From: an uncultured delta proteobacterium
Lineage (GTDB): Bacteria > Myxococcota_A > UBA9160 > SZUA-336
Length of the DNA: 64,000 nucleotides
Reading direction: 5' to 3'
Assembly: GCA_963704165.1 (NCBI GenBank)
Contig: CAVPHD010000001.1
Span: 608,001 to 672,000, forward strand
Shown here: piece after piece, positions 33,247 to 43,821 of the stretch
Numbering within the stretch: position 1 is the stretch's first letter
How the letters are laid out: every line of letters begins with the position of its first letter
Program-made: the position numbers and the translations under genes
Notes under the pieces: model-generated
Database searches by the model: none
What the model was told of the DNA's origin: nothing
Seen by the model: only the letters and a program-made list of their open reading frames with translations

Positions 33247-33446
33247 AACGGGGTCTCCGCCTCCAGCACGGACGGTTGGTGATCGGGGGACGCGACTATA
33301 ACGAAGGAGCCCGGCCGCGCTACGGATTTTTCGGCGAATTCTGACGCCGAGCCAAGGTTTCTCGGCGTTGGGAGAAGCTCCTGAACCCGGCTCGGGATCC
33401 GAACGCGCTGTATCGCCGCCCGGAGAACCGGTACTGTTCCGGCCCC

Positions 33447-34004
33447 ATGCTCCACGGCCTGAATCGGCAGATCGCGCTTCTTTCGGTGTTCCTGTTCGGG
33501 CTCGCGCCCGGGTGCGATCGGAGGCTCGAGCCCTACGTCGCCCCCGCCGACGAGCCCGCCCCGCTCGAGCGGCCCGTACGCGTCCCGGGCCTCGAGAACC
33601 CCGCGCCGCGCGCACGCATGCCCATGGGCGCAGCCGAGCCTCCGAGCGTCGCCGAGCCCGACGTGGGTGAGCCGATCCGCGGCCGGGTCGTCGCGGGCGA
33701 CGGAGTGGGCGATGGCGGTGAAGGCGTGCTCTTCGTCATCGCGCGCGGGCCGGGCGGTGGACCACCGCTCGCCGTGAAGCGTCTGCCGGTCGGGCCCTTC
33801 CCACTCGACTTCGAGATCGGACCCGGCGACGTGATGATCGCGGGACGGCCATTTCGAGGCCCGATCTCGCTCACCGCCCGGATCGATCGCGACGGCAACG
33901 CGATGACGCGCGGTCCGGACGATGCCGGCGCCGAGCTGGCGTCTCCGGTCGAGCCGGGGGCGACGGGCCTCGAGCTCCGCCTCGAGCGCCCCGACCCGAG
34001 CTAG
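33447..34004 (+). CDS. Lipoprotein with CcmI/CycH C-terminal-like domain
   Basis: Lipobox-like LAPGC; VLFVIAR..GGPPLAVKRL..FPLDF..ARIDRDG. Confidence 0.7.
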   Translation: MLHGLNRQIALLSVFLFGLAPGCDRRLEPYVAPADEPAPLERPVRVPGLENPAPRARMPMGAAEPPSVAEPDVGEPIRGRVVAGDGVGDGGEGVLFVIARGPGGGPPLAVKRLPVGPFPLDFEIGPGDVMIAGRPFRGPISLTARIDRDGNAMTRGPDDAGAELASPVEPGATGLELRLERPDPS

Positions 34005-35305
34005 GGCAGACAGCCGCCGCGGTCCCGGCAGACGGACTCGTAGAGCCAGTACGCGACCAGGTAGTCCAGGCCCGTGTACTCCGTGTTCGGCCTCGGATGC
34101 GCGTGCAGCCGGTACGGGCTCGATTTCCACTCGAACGAGCTCGCCGGGCGAAGCTCGATCGGAACGACGTCGCGCGCGAGGATCTTCCACTTGCGCCCGG
34201 GCAGGAGTCGCACCGGAGGGTCCGCCACCTCCGCGCTCGGACCGCGCTTGCGCTTCTCGAGCGGGAACGCTCCGAGCTGCGCGCGCGCCCGCGCGAGGAG
34301 CGGCGCGTCGCACGACGCCGGCTCGAGCGAACAGAACACGAGATCGAAGTAGGCGTTGCCGTCGCTGCGCACGCGCAGCCAGCTGCGCCAGAGCCCGTGG
34401 CGCAGGTCGGCCGCGGCCGGGTCGTTCGTCTCGCGAGCGAGCGGAAGCAGCACGCGATAGAGGTCGAAGGCCATCAGGTCGTTCGAGTGCCCGGTGATTC
34501 CGAGCACGCGCAGGTTCGTCGTTCGCGCGCGCGCGATCGCGCGGTAGCGGACGCGCAGGCGGTCGCGCGTCTCGAGCCAGCGCGGCTCGGCCGGGTCGAG
34601 CGCCGCGGCCAGCGACAGGATCGCGTAGCTCGTGAGCTGCGCGATCGAGTTGAAGCCGTAGCCGGAGCGATGGGAGAGATCGCCGAAGCGCGTGCGCTCT
34701 CCGTCCGGATCCGTGAGCTCGAAATCGTTCTCGAGCAGATGTGTCGCGGCATCGACCGCGAGCTGCCGCGCTCGTTCGGGGAAGAGCCTTCGGCACAGGC
34801 CGATCGCGGGCACCAGACCGTTGGCGTACTGGTCCATCGACACGTTTCCGCGCCAGAACCAGCCGGCGTACTCACCCTGTCCGGCGTGCCACTCTCCCTT
34901 GGCCCTGGCCCGCGGCGGCTGGCGTCGGAGGGTGCGCGCGAGCAGGCCGCGAATTCCAGTGACCCGCATCTGCAGCTCGATCCCGCCGAGCGCGACTTCT
35001 GCATCCGCGAGGGCGTCCGCGCGTGCGCTCCCCTCGCTCGATTCGGCGCGCGCGCAGGCGCCGCCGGCAAACAGACCCGTGAAGGTCGGCCCGTCGGCGT
35101 TCTCGGGGTAGGCGCCGGTGACGAGATCGCGTTCGATCGTGTCGAGCTCGACGCGATAGAGAAACAGTCCCTCGGGTGAGAGATGGCGCGCGTGGATCTG
35201 TGCACGGAATGCGGTGGCCTTGGCGTCGAGCGCGCTCGATTCGCTCGCGCCGAGGCGCGGCGCGAGCCCGAAGGCGAGGACCAGGAGGAGTGCGCGAGCG
35301 CGCAT
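34001..35305 (-). CDS. Secreted hypothetical protein (helical, possibly alpha/alpha-toroid)
   Basis: 434-aa ORF with signal peptide; WRGNVSMDQYANG, EYTGLDYLVAYWL. Confidence 0.65.
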   Translation of the reverse strand: MRARALLLVLAFGLAPRLGASESSALDAKATAFRAQIHARHLSPEGLFLYRVELDTIERDLVTGAYPENADGPTFTGLFAGGACARAESSEGSARADALADAEVALGGIELQMRVTGIRGLLARTLRRQPPRARAKGEWHAGQGEYAGWFWRGNVSMDQYANGLVPAIGLCRRLFPERARQLAVDAATHLLENDFELTDPDGERTRFGDLSHRSGYGFNSIAQLTSYAILSLAAALDPAEPRWLETRDRLRVRYRAIARARTTNLRVLGITGHSNDLMAFDLYRVLLPLARETNDPAAADLRHGLWRSWLRVRSDGNAYFDLVFCSLEPASCDAPLLARARAQLGAFPLEKRKRGPSAEVADPPVRLLPGRKWKILARDVVPIELRPASSFEWKSSPYRLHAHPRPNTEYTGLDYLVAYWLYESVCRDRGGCLP

Positions 35306-35323
35306 GCCTAGCTCATCGGCGCG

Positions 35324-36256
35324 CTATGGCGTGAATCTCGATGCCGCGAGCCGGGCCGCGGGCGAGATGTCTTCGCTCGCGTATTCGCCGCGATACTCGG
35401 GCGGGAGCAGGTCGGCGATCAGGAAGCCCAGCGCGTCCGCGACCACCGGGCGCTTGCCGCCCGCGCACTCGAAGAGATCACCCGCATCGATCGCGCGGCC
35501 GACGCGAGCGTGCACCTCCGTCGGCATCACCGTCTCGGTCTCCGGCCGCATCAGGCGTTCGGTACCCCAGAGACCGAGCGGCACGATCTGCGTGCCGGGC
35601 GCCTCGAAGTAGCGCGCCGCCGCGGGCAGCACACGCTGCATCGTCGCGGCCCGGCTGCGCGTGCCCTCGACGAAGACCAGCAGCTGGTCGCCCTTCTGGC
35701 GCCGCTCCTCGACCGTCGCGAGCGTCTCGAGCGCCAGGCGCGCGACTTCGCGCCGCGGCATCACGGCTTCGCCGGAGGCGGTGCTCTGGCTCTGCGGCAT
35801 CTTGATCGTCCCGAAGCACAGGCTCGCCAGGCGGCGGATGGGCAGCGCGAAGACCTTCGGCCCGGCGAGCACCGTCAGCCCGTCGGCAACATCTTCGAAG
35901 CCGGCGCCGACGAGCAGGGCGTCGATCACGTTCGCGTCGATGTACGACAGGTGGTTCGCGACGAAGAAGACGGGCTGTCGGCGCGCGTGAGACAGGGCGT
36001 CGCTCGAGTCGAGCCCCGACCCGGGTAGCAGCACGAGCGTGTGGGCGAGCCGCGAGAGCCTGCGACAGATCCGGTCGTGCGGGTGGTAGCCCCAGGTCTG
36101 TCCCGTCGTCGCTAGGCGCTCGCCGAAGGTCGCGAGCTCGGCGTCGTTCGCGTCCGAAACCAGCTCGGTGACTCGGACTTCGAGCGCTTCGCGTTCGCCC
36201 GCACCCCATTCGGCGAGCAGATCCGCGATCCTGGCGATCAAGGCTGCACGATCCAC
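35324..36256 (-). CDS. Lysophospholipid/glycerolipid acyltransferase
   Basis: NHLSYID (HX4D), FVEGTRSR. Confidence 0.85.
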   Translation of the reverse strand: MDRAALIARIADLLAEWGAGEREALEVRVTELVSDANDAELATFGERLATTGQTWGYHPHDRICRRLSRLAHTLVLLPGSGLDSSDALSHARRQPVFFVANHLSYIDANVIDALLVGAGFEDVADGLTVLAGPKVFALPIRRLASLCFGTIKMPQSQSTASGEAVMPRREVARLALETLATVEERRQKGDQLLVFVEGTRSRAATMQRVLPAAARYFEAPGTQIVPLGLWGTERLMRPETETVMPTEVHARVGRAIDAGDLFECAGGKRPVVADALGFLIADLLPPEYRGEYASEDISPAARLAASRFTP

Positions 36257-36412
36257 GCGGCCGAGAATAGAACATCGCGGCAGCGATCGCGGGCGGCTCC
36301 GGCGCGCCCGGCTCGCTCCCTGTCTTCGCCCGTACGCGCGTGGCGCACGTTGTCCGGGCGCCGAGAGCGGCGATTTGCGCGGCTTGGGGCGTCTCGCGAG
36401 ATTCGCCGCGAC

Positions 36413-37171
36413 ATGCAGACGAGAGCCTCGGCCGAAAAGCAGTACGCGGAGTTCTACAGCCTCTGGGTGGCGGACTTCCGCAAGGACACCACGCTCTACC
36501 TCGATCTTGCCGGCAAGTACGCGGGGCAGGTGCTCGAGATCGGCTGCGGCACGGGCCGCGTGCTCGCGAAGTTCGGCGAGGCCGGTTACGAGGCGCTCGG
36601 CGTCGATGTCTCGAGGCCCATGCTCGAGGTCGCGCGCCGCACGCTGGAGCCCTGGCAGGACCGGGTCCGCATCGCCGACTTCGACTTCCGCAGCAACGCG
36701 CTCTTCGAGAAGTTCCACGTCGCGATCGCGTCGCTCTACACCTTCAACAACCTGATCGACGTCGCCGAGCAACGCCTCTTCCTGCGGCACATCACCCGCT
36801 GTCTGAAGAGCCCGGGCGTACTCGCGATCGACTTCTTCTGCCCGCTGCCGATGATGCGTCCGGAGACCAACGGCCGCTGGCGCGAGATCGAGCGCACCGT
36901 GGCGGGCCGCGAGCTTCGGCTTCGCGACAAGCGCGAGATGCTCACACCGCTGCTCGAGCGCAGGACGCAGGAGTTCAGCGTGGACGGCAGCCTGCCCATC
37001 GAGCACGTCTCGCACCGGCGCTTCCTGCCCGCCCAGCAAGCCGAGCAGCTTCTGATCGAGGCTGGCTTCGAGAGCGTTCGCTACCTGCAGGACTACGATC
37101 TGGCCGGCGCGCGTGCGATCGGCGAGGGCGAACGACCGCTCGGGCCGTATCAGCTGATCGCGGAGCTCTGA
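36413..37171 (+). CDS. Class I SAM-dependent methyltransferase
   Basis: VLEIGCGTGR, GVDVSRPML, LKSPGVLAID. Confidence 0.88.
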   Translation: MQTRASAEKQYAEFYSLWVADFRKDTTLYLDLAGKYAGQVLEIGCGTGRVLAKFGEAGYEALGVDVSRPMLEVARRTLEPWQDRVRIADFDFRSNALFEKFHVAIASLYTFNNLIDVAEQRLFLRHITRCLKSPGVLAIDFFCPLPMMRPETNGRWREIERTVAGRELRLRDKREMLTPLLERRTQEFSVDGSLPIEHVSHRRFLPAQQAEQLLIEAGFESVRYLQDYDLAGARAIGEGERPLGPYQLIAEL

Positions 37172-37223
37172 GCGCGAGGCCATTTTGCTCCCGCGGGCCG
37201 GGCTGGGTTAGCCTCCCGCCGCG

Positions 37224-38627
37224 ATGGGACGAAGCCTTCTCGACAAGGTCTGGGATCTGCACAGCGTTCGAACGCTTCCGGGTGGGCAGACGCAGCTCCT
37301 GATCGGGCTGCACCTGATCCACGAAGTGACCAGCCCCCAGGGCTTCCAGATGCTCGAGGACGCCGGCCTGTCGGTGCTCTGCCCCGAGCGAACCTTCGCC
37401 ACCGTCGATCACATCGTGCCGACGGACCGGCGCCGCAGGCCTCTCGCCGACGCGCAGGCCGAAGAGATGATGCAGGCGATCGAGGAGAACACGAAGCGCC
37501 ACGGCATCTCGTTCTTTCCGATCGGCTCGGGCGATCAGGGAATCGTGCACGTGATCGGGCCGGAGCTCGGGTTGACGCAGCCGGGTCAGACGATCGCCTG
37601 TGGCGACTCGCACACCTCCACTCACGGCGCCTTCGGCGCGATCGCGTTCGGCATCGGCACCAGCCAGGTGCGCGACGTGCTGGCGTCTCAGTGTCTCGCG
37701 CTCGCTCGACCGAAGGTCCGACGCATTCGTGTGTCGGGCGAGCTCGGGTTCGGCGTCTACGCGAAGGACGTGATCCTCCACATCATCCGGCGGCTCGGGG
37801 TGAACGGCGGGGTCGGTTACGCGTACGAGTATGCGGGGCCGGTGATCGAGCGCTTCTCGATGGAGGAGCGCATGACGATCTGCAACATGTCGATCGAGGG
37901 CGGCGCGCGTGTCGGCTACGTGAATCCCGACGAGACGACGTTTGCCTATCTGCGTGGCCGGCGCTTCGCTCCAGCGGGAGACGCCTTCGAGCGCGCGGTT
38001 GCGTGGTGGCGCGGCATCGCGAGCGATGCGGACGCGGCTTTCGACGACGACGTCGAGATCGCGGGCGGAGAGATCTCGCCCACGGTCACCTGGGGGACGA
38101 ACCCGGGTCAGGCGATCGGCGTCGCCGAACGTCTGCCGCGCGTCGAGGAGCTGCCGGAACAGGATCGCTCCGCGGCCGAAGACGCGTATCGCTTCATGGG
38201 TCTCGTTCCCGGGCGACCTCTCGCGGGTACACCGATTCAGGTCGCCTTCATCGGCTCGTGCACGAACGGGCGGATCAGCGATCTGCGCGAGGCGGCGCGC
38301 GTGGCACGCGGCGGCAAGGTGGCGCCCGGCGTGCGGGCCTTGGTCGTGCCGGGGTCCGAAGCGGTTCGCGTCGAGGCCGAGCGCGAGGGTCTGCACGAGA
38401 TCTTCGAGAGCGCCGGCTTCCAGTGGCGCGAGGCGGGCTGCTCGATGTGTCTGGCGATGAATCCCGACAAGCTCGTCGGACGCGAGCTCTGCGCGTCGAG
38501 CTCGAACCGAAACTTCAAGGGCCGGCAGGGCAGCCCGACCGGGAGGACGCTCTTGATGAGCCCGGCGATGGTCGCCGCCGCGGCGCTCGCCGGGTGCGTC
38601 GCCGACGTGCGCGAGGTCTCGCGATGA
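37224..38627 (+). CDS. leuC: 3-isopropylmalate dehydratase large subunit
   Basis: [43 protein letters not shown]. Confidence 0.96.
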   Translation: MGRSLLDKVWDLHSVRTLPGGQTQLLIGLHLIHEVTSPQGFQMLEDAGLSVLCPERTFATVDHIVPTDRRRRPLADAQAEEMMQAIEENTKRHGISFFPIGSGDQGIVHVIGPELGLTQPGQTIACGDSHTSTHGAFGAIAFGIGTSQVRDVLASQCLALARPKVRRIRVSGELGFGVYAKDVILHIIRRLGVNGGVGYAYEYAGPVIERFSMEERMTICNMSIEGGARVGYVNPDETTFAYLRGRRFAPAGDAFERAVAWWRGIASDADAAFDDDVEIAGGEISPTVTWGTNPGQAIGVAERLPRVEELPEQDRSAAEDAYRFMGLVPGRPLAGTPIQVAFIGSCTNGRISDLREAARVARGGKVAPGVRALVVPGSEAVRVEAEREGLHEIFESAGFQWREAGCSMCLAMNPDKLVGRELCASSSNRNFKGRQGSPTGRTLLMSPAMVAAAALAGCVADVREVSR

Positions 38628-39238
38628 GCGCGCCCAAGGGAGAGAGCGTCACCGGACGCCGGGGCCGCGGCGTGGTCGTGCGCGGGAACGACATCGACAC
38701 CGATCAGATCATTCCCGCGCGCTACATGACCTCGATCCGCTTCGCGGGTCTCGAGGAGTTCGCGTTTCGCGACGTGCGATTCAACGCGGACGGCGAGCCG
38801 AAGGGCCATCCCTTCGACGATCGGCGCTTCCGCGGCGCGTCGATCCTGATCGTGAACCAGAACTTCGGCTGCGGAAGCTCGCGTGAGCACGCGCCGCAGG
38901 CGCTGCAGCGTTGGGGGATCCAGGCGCTCGTCGGCGAATCGTTCGCCGAGATCTTCTTCGGCAACTGCGTTGCGCTCGGCATGATCGCGGTCACCGCTTC
39001 GCGCGAAGACGTCGCACGGCTGATGGACGCGGTCGAGCTCGATCCCGCGCAGGAAGTGCAGATCGACCTCGAGAAGCTCGTCGTGACCTGGCGCGGCGGA
39101 AGCGCGCCCGTGCAGATGCCCGACGGAGCGCGAAAGCGGCTTCTCGACGGCAGCTGGGACGCGATGCGCACGCTTCTCGAAGCGCGCGAGCAGATCCTCG
39201 CCAAGGTCGCGTCCCTTCCGTACGCGACGCGCTTCTAG
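38624..39238 (+). CDS. leuD: 3-isopropylmalate dehydratase small subunit
   Basis: [31 protein letters not shown]. Confidence 0.96.
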   Translation: MSAPKGESVTGRRGRGVVVRGNDIDTDQIIPARYMTSIRFAGLEEFAFRDVRFNADGEPKGHPFDDRRFRGASILIVNQNFGCGSSREHAPQALQRWGIQALVGESFAEIFFGNCVALGMIAVTASREDVARLMDAVELDPAQEVQIDLEKLVVTWRGGSAPVQMPDGARKRLLDGSWDAMRTLLEAREQILAKVASLPYATRF

Positions 39239-39705
39239 AGCACGAGCCGCACGCCCCGCCCCGCCCGCCAGGCGCTGTGGAAGAGGTCGATCAGCCGCAG
39301 CAGCGCTCGCTCGAATTCGCGCCGATCGAAGCGCAACCGGTACTCGACACCCGGGGACGCCTCGGGCGTCCCGACCGCGAACTCGAGCGCGCCGTAGTCC
39401 CGCGATCCGTTCCAGAGTTCGTTCTCGAGCGCGTAGAGGATTTCGATCGCGCGCTCGAGCGCGCCCGGGAAGAGGACCGCCTCGCGTCCCGGCGCGATCG
39501 GCCCGATCTCGAGGGGGAGCAGGTTCAAGCGAGAGACGGCCCCGAGGCTCTCGAGCGCGTGGCAGGCGTTCGGCGGGATCCCCACGCGTGCGAGCCGCGC
39601 CTGCGCCTCGTCGTCCTGCGTGAAGTCGACGATCGAGGCCTCGCCGCAGCGAAAGCCCGGCTGCTCGTCGAGCGGCCGCGCGGGATCGAAGTAGACGATC
39701 GTCAC
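39235..39705 (-). CDS. Hypothetical protein at the end of the photolyase operon
   Basis: 156-aa ORF 9 nt downstream of the DUF523/DUF1722 gene, same strand. Confidence 0.6.
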   Translation of the reverse strand: MTIVYFDPARPLDEQPGFRCGEASIVDFTQDDEAQARLARVGIPPNACHALESLGAVSRLNLLPLEIGPIAPGREAVLFPGALERAIEILYALENELWNGSRDYGALEFAVGTPEASPGVEYRLRFDRREFERALLRLIDLFHSAWRAGRGVRLVL

Positions 39706-39714
39706 GACCGCAGC

Positions 39715-40687
39715 CTACACGTGGTTGCGAAGCATCAGTTCCTTCGGGTGCGGGTCGAGGTAGATCTGATCGCGCAGGTAGGCGACCTCGAGCCTGCGCA
39801 CGTGGTGGCGCAGCAGCGAGACTGGGACGACGAGCGGCACGAGCCCGAGCCTGTAGTCCTCGACCAATTCAGCGAGCTCGGCGCGGTCGGATGAATCGAG
39901 CCCGTCGCGCAGGTAGCCGACCATGTGCTGCAACACGTTGGTGTGTCGGCGTGAGGTGGCGATCTTCGCGAGGGCGCTCCATGAAGCCCCGCTCGTAACG
40001 GTCGCGCAGCTTCGGGCGCGCGAGCTTCTTCGCACCTGCGACGAGTCGGCCGAGGCGACGGTACTCGACCTCGGAGTGCGCCAGAAGCAGCAGCTTGTGC
40101 GCGGTGTGGAAGGCGATCAGCTCGCCCAGCGTCCAGCGCGCGCGAAAGAGCGCGCGCAGCCGGCGGTAGGCGAAGATCCGCTCGATGAAGTTCTCGCGCA
40201 GCGAGGCGTCGGTGAGCCGGCCCTCCTCCTCGACCGGCAGCGTTCCGAGGCGCGCGATCAGCGCCGAGGCGAACAGGCCGCGTCCGTTCCGTGTCGCCTG
40301 CCCGCCCTCGTGCCAGACCTTCACTCGCTCCATGCCGCAGCTCGGCGAGTCCTTCTTCAGCACGTAGCCGCACAGCTCGAGCGGCTCGAGCTCGCGGGTG
40401 CGCCTGGTCGAGAACGACGTCATCGCGCGCGTGTGGTCGGCGCCGGTACGCGGCTCGATCAGGCGCAGGCCATCCCCGTCATCGACGAGCCGGATCGACG
40501 GGCGCGGCACGCTCAGACCCATCTCGACCTCGGGACAGACCGGCACCCATTCGACGAACTCACCGAGCAGCTCGGTCAGGAACGCGTTGCGCTTGTGAGC
40601 ACCGTCGTGGCGCACCTTGCGCCCCAGCAGGCAAGAAGATGCTCCGAGGCGAAGAGGTGCGTCGTCCGCGAGCCAGCGTGCCGTCAT
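39715..40687 (-). CDS. DUF523 + DUF1722 (YbgA-like) protein, frameshift near 39970
   Basis: SSCLLG..VRHDGAH, VCPEVEMG, KKDSPSCG, FHTAHK; second frame HTNVLQHMVGY..YLDPHPKELMLRNHV. Confidence 0.88.
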
Positions 40688-42081
40688 CGAGAGAGCGCCG
40701 CACGGTAGCGCGCCAGCGCGCGCTCGCGCGCCAGCGCGTGATCGACAATCCGTGCCGGGTAGCCCCTCGATTCAGCGGGGTGATCCCAGGGCCGGTGCAC
40801 GCGCGCGCCGGGGAGCCGGCGGAGCTCGGGCAGCCAGCGCCTCACGTACCCGCCTTCGGGATCGAAGCGCTCGCCCTGGCTGACCGGGTTGAAGATCCGG
40901 AAGTACGGCTGCGCGTCGCTACCCGTCGAAGCCGCCCACTGCCAACCGCCGTTGTTGTTCGCCGGATCCCCGTCCACGAGGTGCTGCATGAAGAACCTCT
41001 CGCCGTGTCTCCAGTCGATCAGCAGATCCTTGCAGAGAAAGCTCGCGACGACCATGCGCACGCGGTTGTGCATGAAGCCCGATTCGAGAAGCTCGCGCAT
41101 GCCCGCGTCGACGAACGGGTAACCAGTGCGGCCCTCGCACCAGGCGCGCAGTCCCGCTTCGTCGTCCTCCCACTCGATCCGATCGAGCGCGGGCCGGAAC
41201 GCGCCGCGCAGCACGCGCGGGTGATCGGCGAGGATCGCGTGGTAGAACTCGCGCCAGACCAGTTCGTCCGTCCACTTCGCGACGCCGGGCACGAGTCGCC
41301 GATCCGCACGCGCGGCCGCGAGTGCGCGATCGAGGCATTCGCGCACCGAGATCGTGCCGAAGCGCAGGTGCGGCGAGAGACGCGACGTGCCCGCGACGGC
41401 GGGAAGCTCCCGCTGCCAGGCATAGTCCACGACCGCGCTCGCGAGGAATCGGTCGAGCCGCCTGCGCGCGGCGCCGCTGCCGCCGGTCGGAACTCGCGTG
41501 TCGTCCACTTCGATCTCCAGGTTCGGTGTGGATTCGACGCGCCGTGCGCGCGCCGGCAAGGGCGGAAGTCGCGGCCCGGCCAGGATCTTCGGCGGCGCCG
41601 CGCGGAAGTGCTCCCACCAGCTTCGCCGGTACGGGGTGTACACCGAATAGGGTCGGCCCGCGCGTGTGCGGATCTCGTCCGGTTCGAACACCACGCGGTC
41701 CTTGCAGGTTTCGACGGCGATGCCGGCATCGTGCAGCGCGCGCGTCACCGCGGCGTCGCGCTCGCGGGCGAACGGACTGTAGTCGCGGTTCCAGGTCACG
41801 CGCTCCGCGCGGACCTCGCACGCCAGTCTCGCGATCTCGCGAACCGGATCGCCGTGTCGCACGAGCAGTCGCGAGCCGCGCCGCTCGAGATCGCGGGCCA
41901 GCCGCGCCACGCAGTCGGCCAGGAAGTGCACGCGCGGCGCTCCGGCCGCCTCGAGCAGCCGTGGGTCGAACACGAATACGCACGCGAGCCGGTCCGAGCC
42001 GAGCGCGGCCGCGCGCAGCGCGGTGTTGTCGCGCGTGCGCAGGTCACTGCGGAACCAGTGCAGTGTGCAGGCGCTAGCCAT
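40684..42081 (-). CDS. phrB: Class I CPD DNA photolyase
   Basis: [64 protein letters not shown]. Confidence 0.93.
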   Translation of the reverse strand: MASACTLHWFRSDLRTRDNTALRAAALGSDRLACVFVFDPRLLEAAGAPRVHFLADCVARLARDLERRGSRLLVRHGDPVREIARLACEVRAERVTWNRDYSPFARERDAAVTRALHDAGIAVETCKDRVVFEPDEIRTRAGRPYSVYTPYRRSWWEHFRAAPPKILAGPRLPPLPARARRVESTPNLEIEVDDTRVPTGGSGAARRRLDRFLASAVVDYAWQRELPAVAGTSRLSPHLRFGTISVRECLDRALAAARADRRLVPGVAKWTDELVWREFYHAILADHPRVLRGAFRPALDRIEWEDDEAGLRAWCEGRTGYPFVDAGMRELLESGFMHNRVRMVVASFLCKDLLIDWRHGERFFMQHLVDGDPANNNGGWQWAASTGSDAQPYFRIFNPVSQGERFDPEGGYVRRWLPELRRLPGARVHRPWDHPAESRGYPARIVDHALARERALARYRAALSR

Positions 42082-42118
42082 GGCCGCGCCCGCTTTCGTT
42101 TGCGACTTTGCACTGACG

Positions 42119-42529
42119 ATGAATGCCACGCCCGAGAAGTTCGCGATCAAGGTCCTGTTCGACGGTGATTGTCCGCTGTGCGCGCGCGAGATCTCGTTCC
42201 TGCGCCGTCGCGACCGCCGAGGGCTGATCGCATTCGAGGACATCGCCTCGCCGGACTTCGACGCCGCGCGCTACGGGCTCGACCGCGAGGCGGTCATGAG
42301 CCGCATCCACGGCGTGCTGCCGGACGGCGCGCTGATCGAGGGCGTCGAGGTCTTTCGGCGCCTGTACGCTGCGATCGGCCTGGGCTGGCTCGTGGCGCCG
42401 ACGCGCTGGCCGCTTCTGCGCGGGCTCTTCGACCGGGCGTACCGTGTCTTCGCGCGCAATCGCTTGCGCTGGACCGGCCGCGAGGACGCGGTCTGTACCC
42501 CCGAGCGCTGCGAGCGCGCGGATCCCTGA
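42119..42529 (+). CDS. DCC1-like thiol-disulfide oxidoreductase (DUF393)
   Basis: [22 protein letters not shown]. Confidence 0.88.
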   Translation: MNATPEKFAIKVLFDGDCPLCAREISFLRRRDRRGLIAFEDIASPDFDAARYGLDREAVMSRIHGVLPDGALIEGVEVFRRLYAAIGLGWLVAPTRWPLLRGLFDRAYRVFARNRLRWTGREDAVCTPERCERADP

Positions 42530-42543
42530 ACGTGCGCGCGCCT

Positions 42544-43341
42544 TCAACTCGAGCGCGGCGCGCGCGGCGGGCCGGGCACAAACGGGCGAGTGCGCGCGAC
42601 GTATTCCGCGTAGCCCGGCCGGCGCTTCACCAGTGAGCGCTCGAGCAGCGCCACGCCGGAGACGCGGCGCAGCAGGATCGTCATCACGATCGGACCGACG
42701 ACGGTGTAGGCACCGCCCGGCGTCGAGAGCGCGAGCGCGAACAGTCCCCACCAGACCAGGCAGTCACCGAAGTAGTTCGGGTGTCGCGTGTAGCGCCACA
42801 AGCCGCGGTCCATCACGCGCCCGGCGTTGGCCGGGTCCGCCTTGAAGCGCACGAGCTGCAGGTCGCCGATGCTCTCGAAGAACATGCCCACGAGCCAGAG
42901 CGCGATGCCGACCGCGTCGAACCAGGCGAAGTCCGCGCTCGCCGATGCACGCTGCGCGACCTGCAATGGCAGCGACACGATCCACATCAGTACGCCCTGC
43001 AGGCCGAACACGGTGAACAGGCTGATCAGCGGGAATCGCGCGCCCCAGTACCGGCGCATCGCCTGGTAGCGGAAGTCCTCGGCCTTGCCCAAGGCGCGCC
43101 AGAGCAGGTAGCCGCCGAGCCGGACGCCCCAGATGACCGCGAGCGCCGTCACCAGCGCGCGCCGGGCGAGAGGTCCTTCCGCGACCGCGAACGTGACCAG
43201 CGCGATTCCCGCGAAACCCAGCCCCCAGCTGATGTCGACGATGCTCGCGTCGCGCTTCCACAGCGAGACCAACCAGACCGAGACCATGAACGATGCGACG
43301 AACGCGCCGGTCGCCGAGAAGATCGAGCCGAGATCGCCCAT
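42544..43341 (-). CDS. DUF1295 membrane protein (steroid 5-alpha reductase-like)
   Basis: SIVDISWG, EDFRY, GLWRYTRHPNYFG. Confidence 0.9.
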   Translation of the reverse strand: MGDLGSIFSATGAFVASFMVSVWLVSLWKRDASIVDISWGLGFAGIALVTFAVAEGPLARRALVTALAVIWGVRLGGYLLWRALGKAEDFRYQAMRRYWGARFPLISLFTVFGLQGVLMWIVSLPLQVAQRASASADFAWFDAVGIALWLVGMFFESIGDLQLVRFKADPANAGRVMDRGLWRYTRHPNYFGDCLVWWGLFALALSTPGGAYTVVGPIVMTILLRRVSGVALLERSLVKRRPGYAEYVARTRPFVPGPPRAPRSS

Positions 43342-43821
43342 TCACGAACCTCCCGTGCGCGCGAAGTGCGCGCGAACGCGTGCGAAGCGGAAGTCGAAGA
43401 TGCGCGCGAGCAGCCCGCGCACGAGCAACGCGTGGGCCGCCACGCCGATCGGCCCGAACGGCAGGGCGTAGCGCACCACGTCGCGCATCAGCACGCCGTC
43501 GCCGAGCGCCGTGAACTCGTGCGTGTGCTCCCAGTGCGCGTACGGGCCGCGCTCCTGCAAGTCGACGAAGCGTGCGCAGGGGCTCCCCTTCGGCTCCCAG
43601 ACGCTGATCCGGGTGCGCCAGCCGATCGGGATGGGGCCGAGCTGGATCCGGTAGTCGATCCGCGCATCCGGGCCGATCTCGATCGGAAGCGGCGTGCGAA
43701 TCCGGAAGCCGAGCCAGGGCGGCGTGATCGCCTCGAGGTTCGAGGCGTCCGCGAAGAACGAGACGACACGATCCAGTGTCGCCGGAAGCCACTGCTCGCG
43801 CTCGAGCACGTGGAGCCTCAT
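43342..43821 (-). CDS. SRPBCC-family protein
   Basis: FFADASNLEAITPP, FVDLQERGPYAHWEHTH, IFDFR. Confidence 0.88.
   Translation of the reverse strand: MRLHVLEREQWLPATLDRVVSFFADASNLEAITPPWLGFRIRTPLPIEIGPDARIDYRIQLGPIPIGWRTRISVWEPKGSPCARFVDLQERGPYAHWEHTHEFTALGDGVLMRDVVRYALPFGPIGVAAHALLVRGLLARIFDFRFARVRAHFARTGGS

Noticed and set aside
33344..33370. Hairpin GACGCCGAG..CTCGGCGTT in a divergent intergenic gap
   Set aside because: Single short GC stem without a U tract; expected by chance
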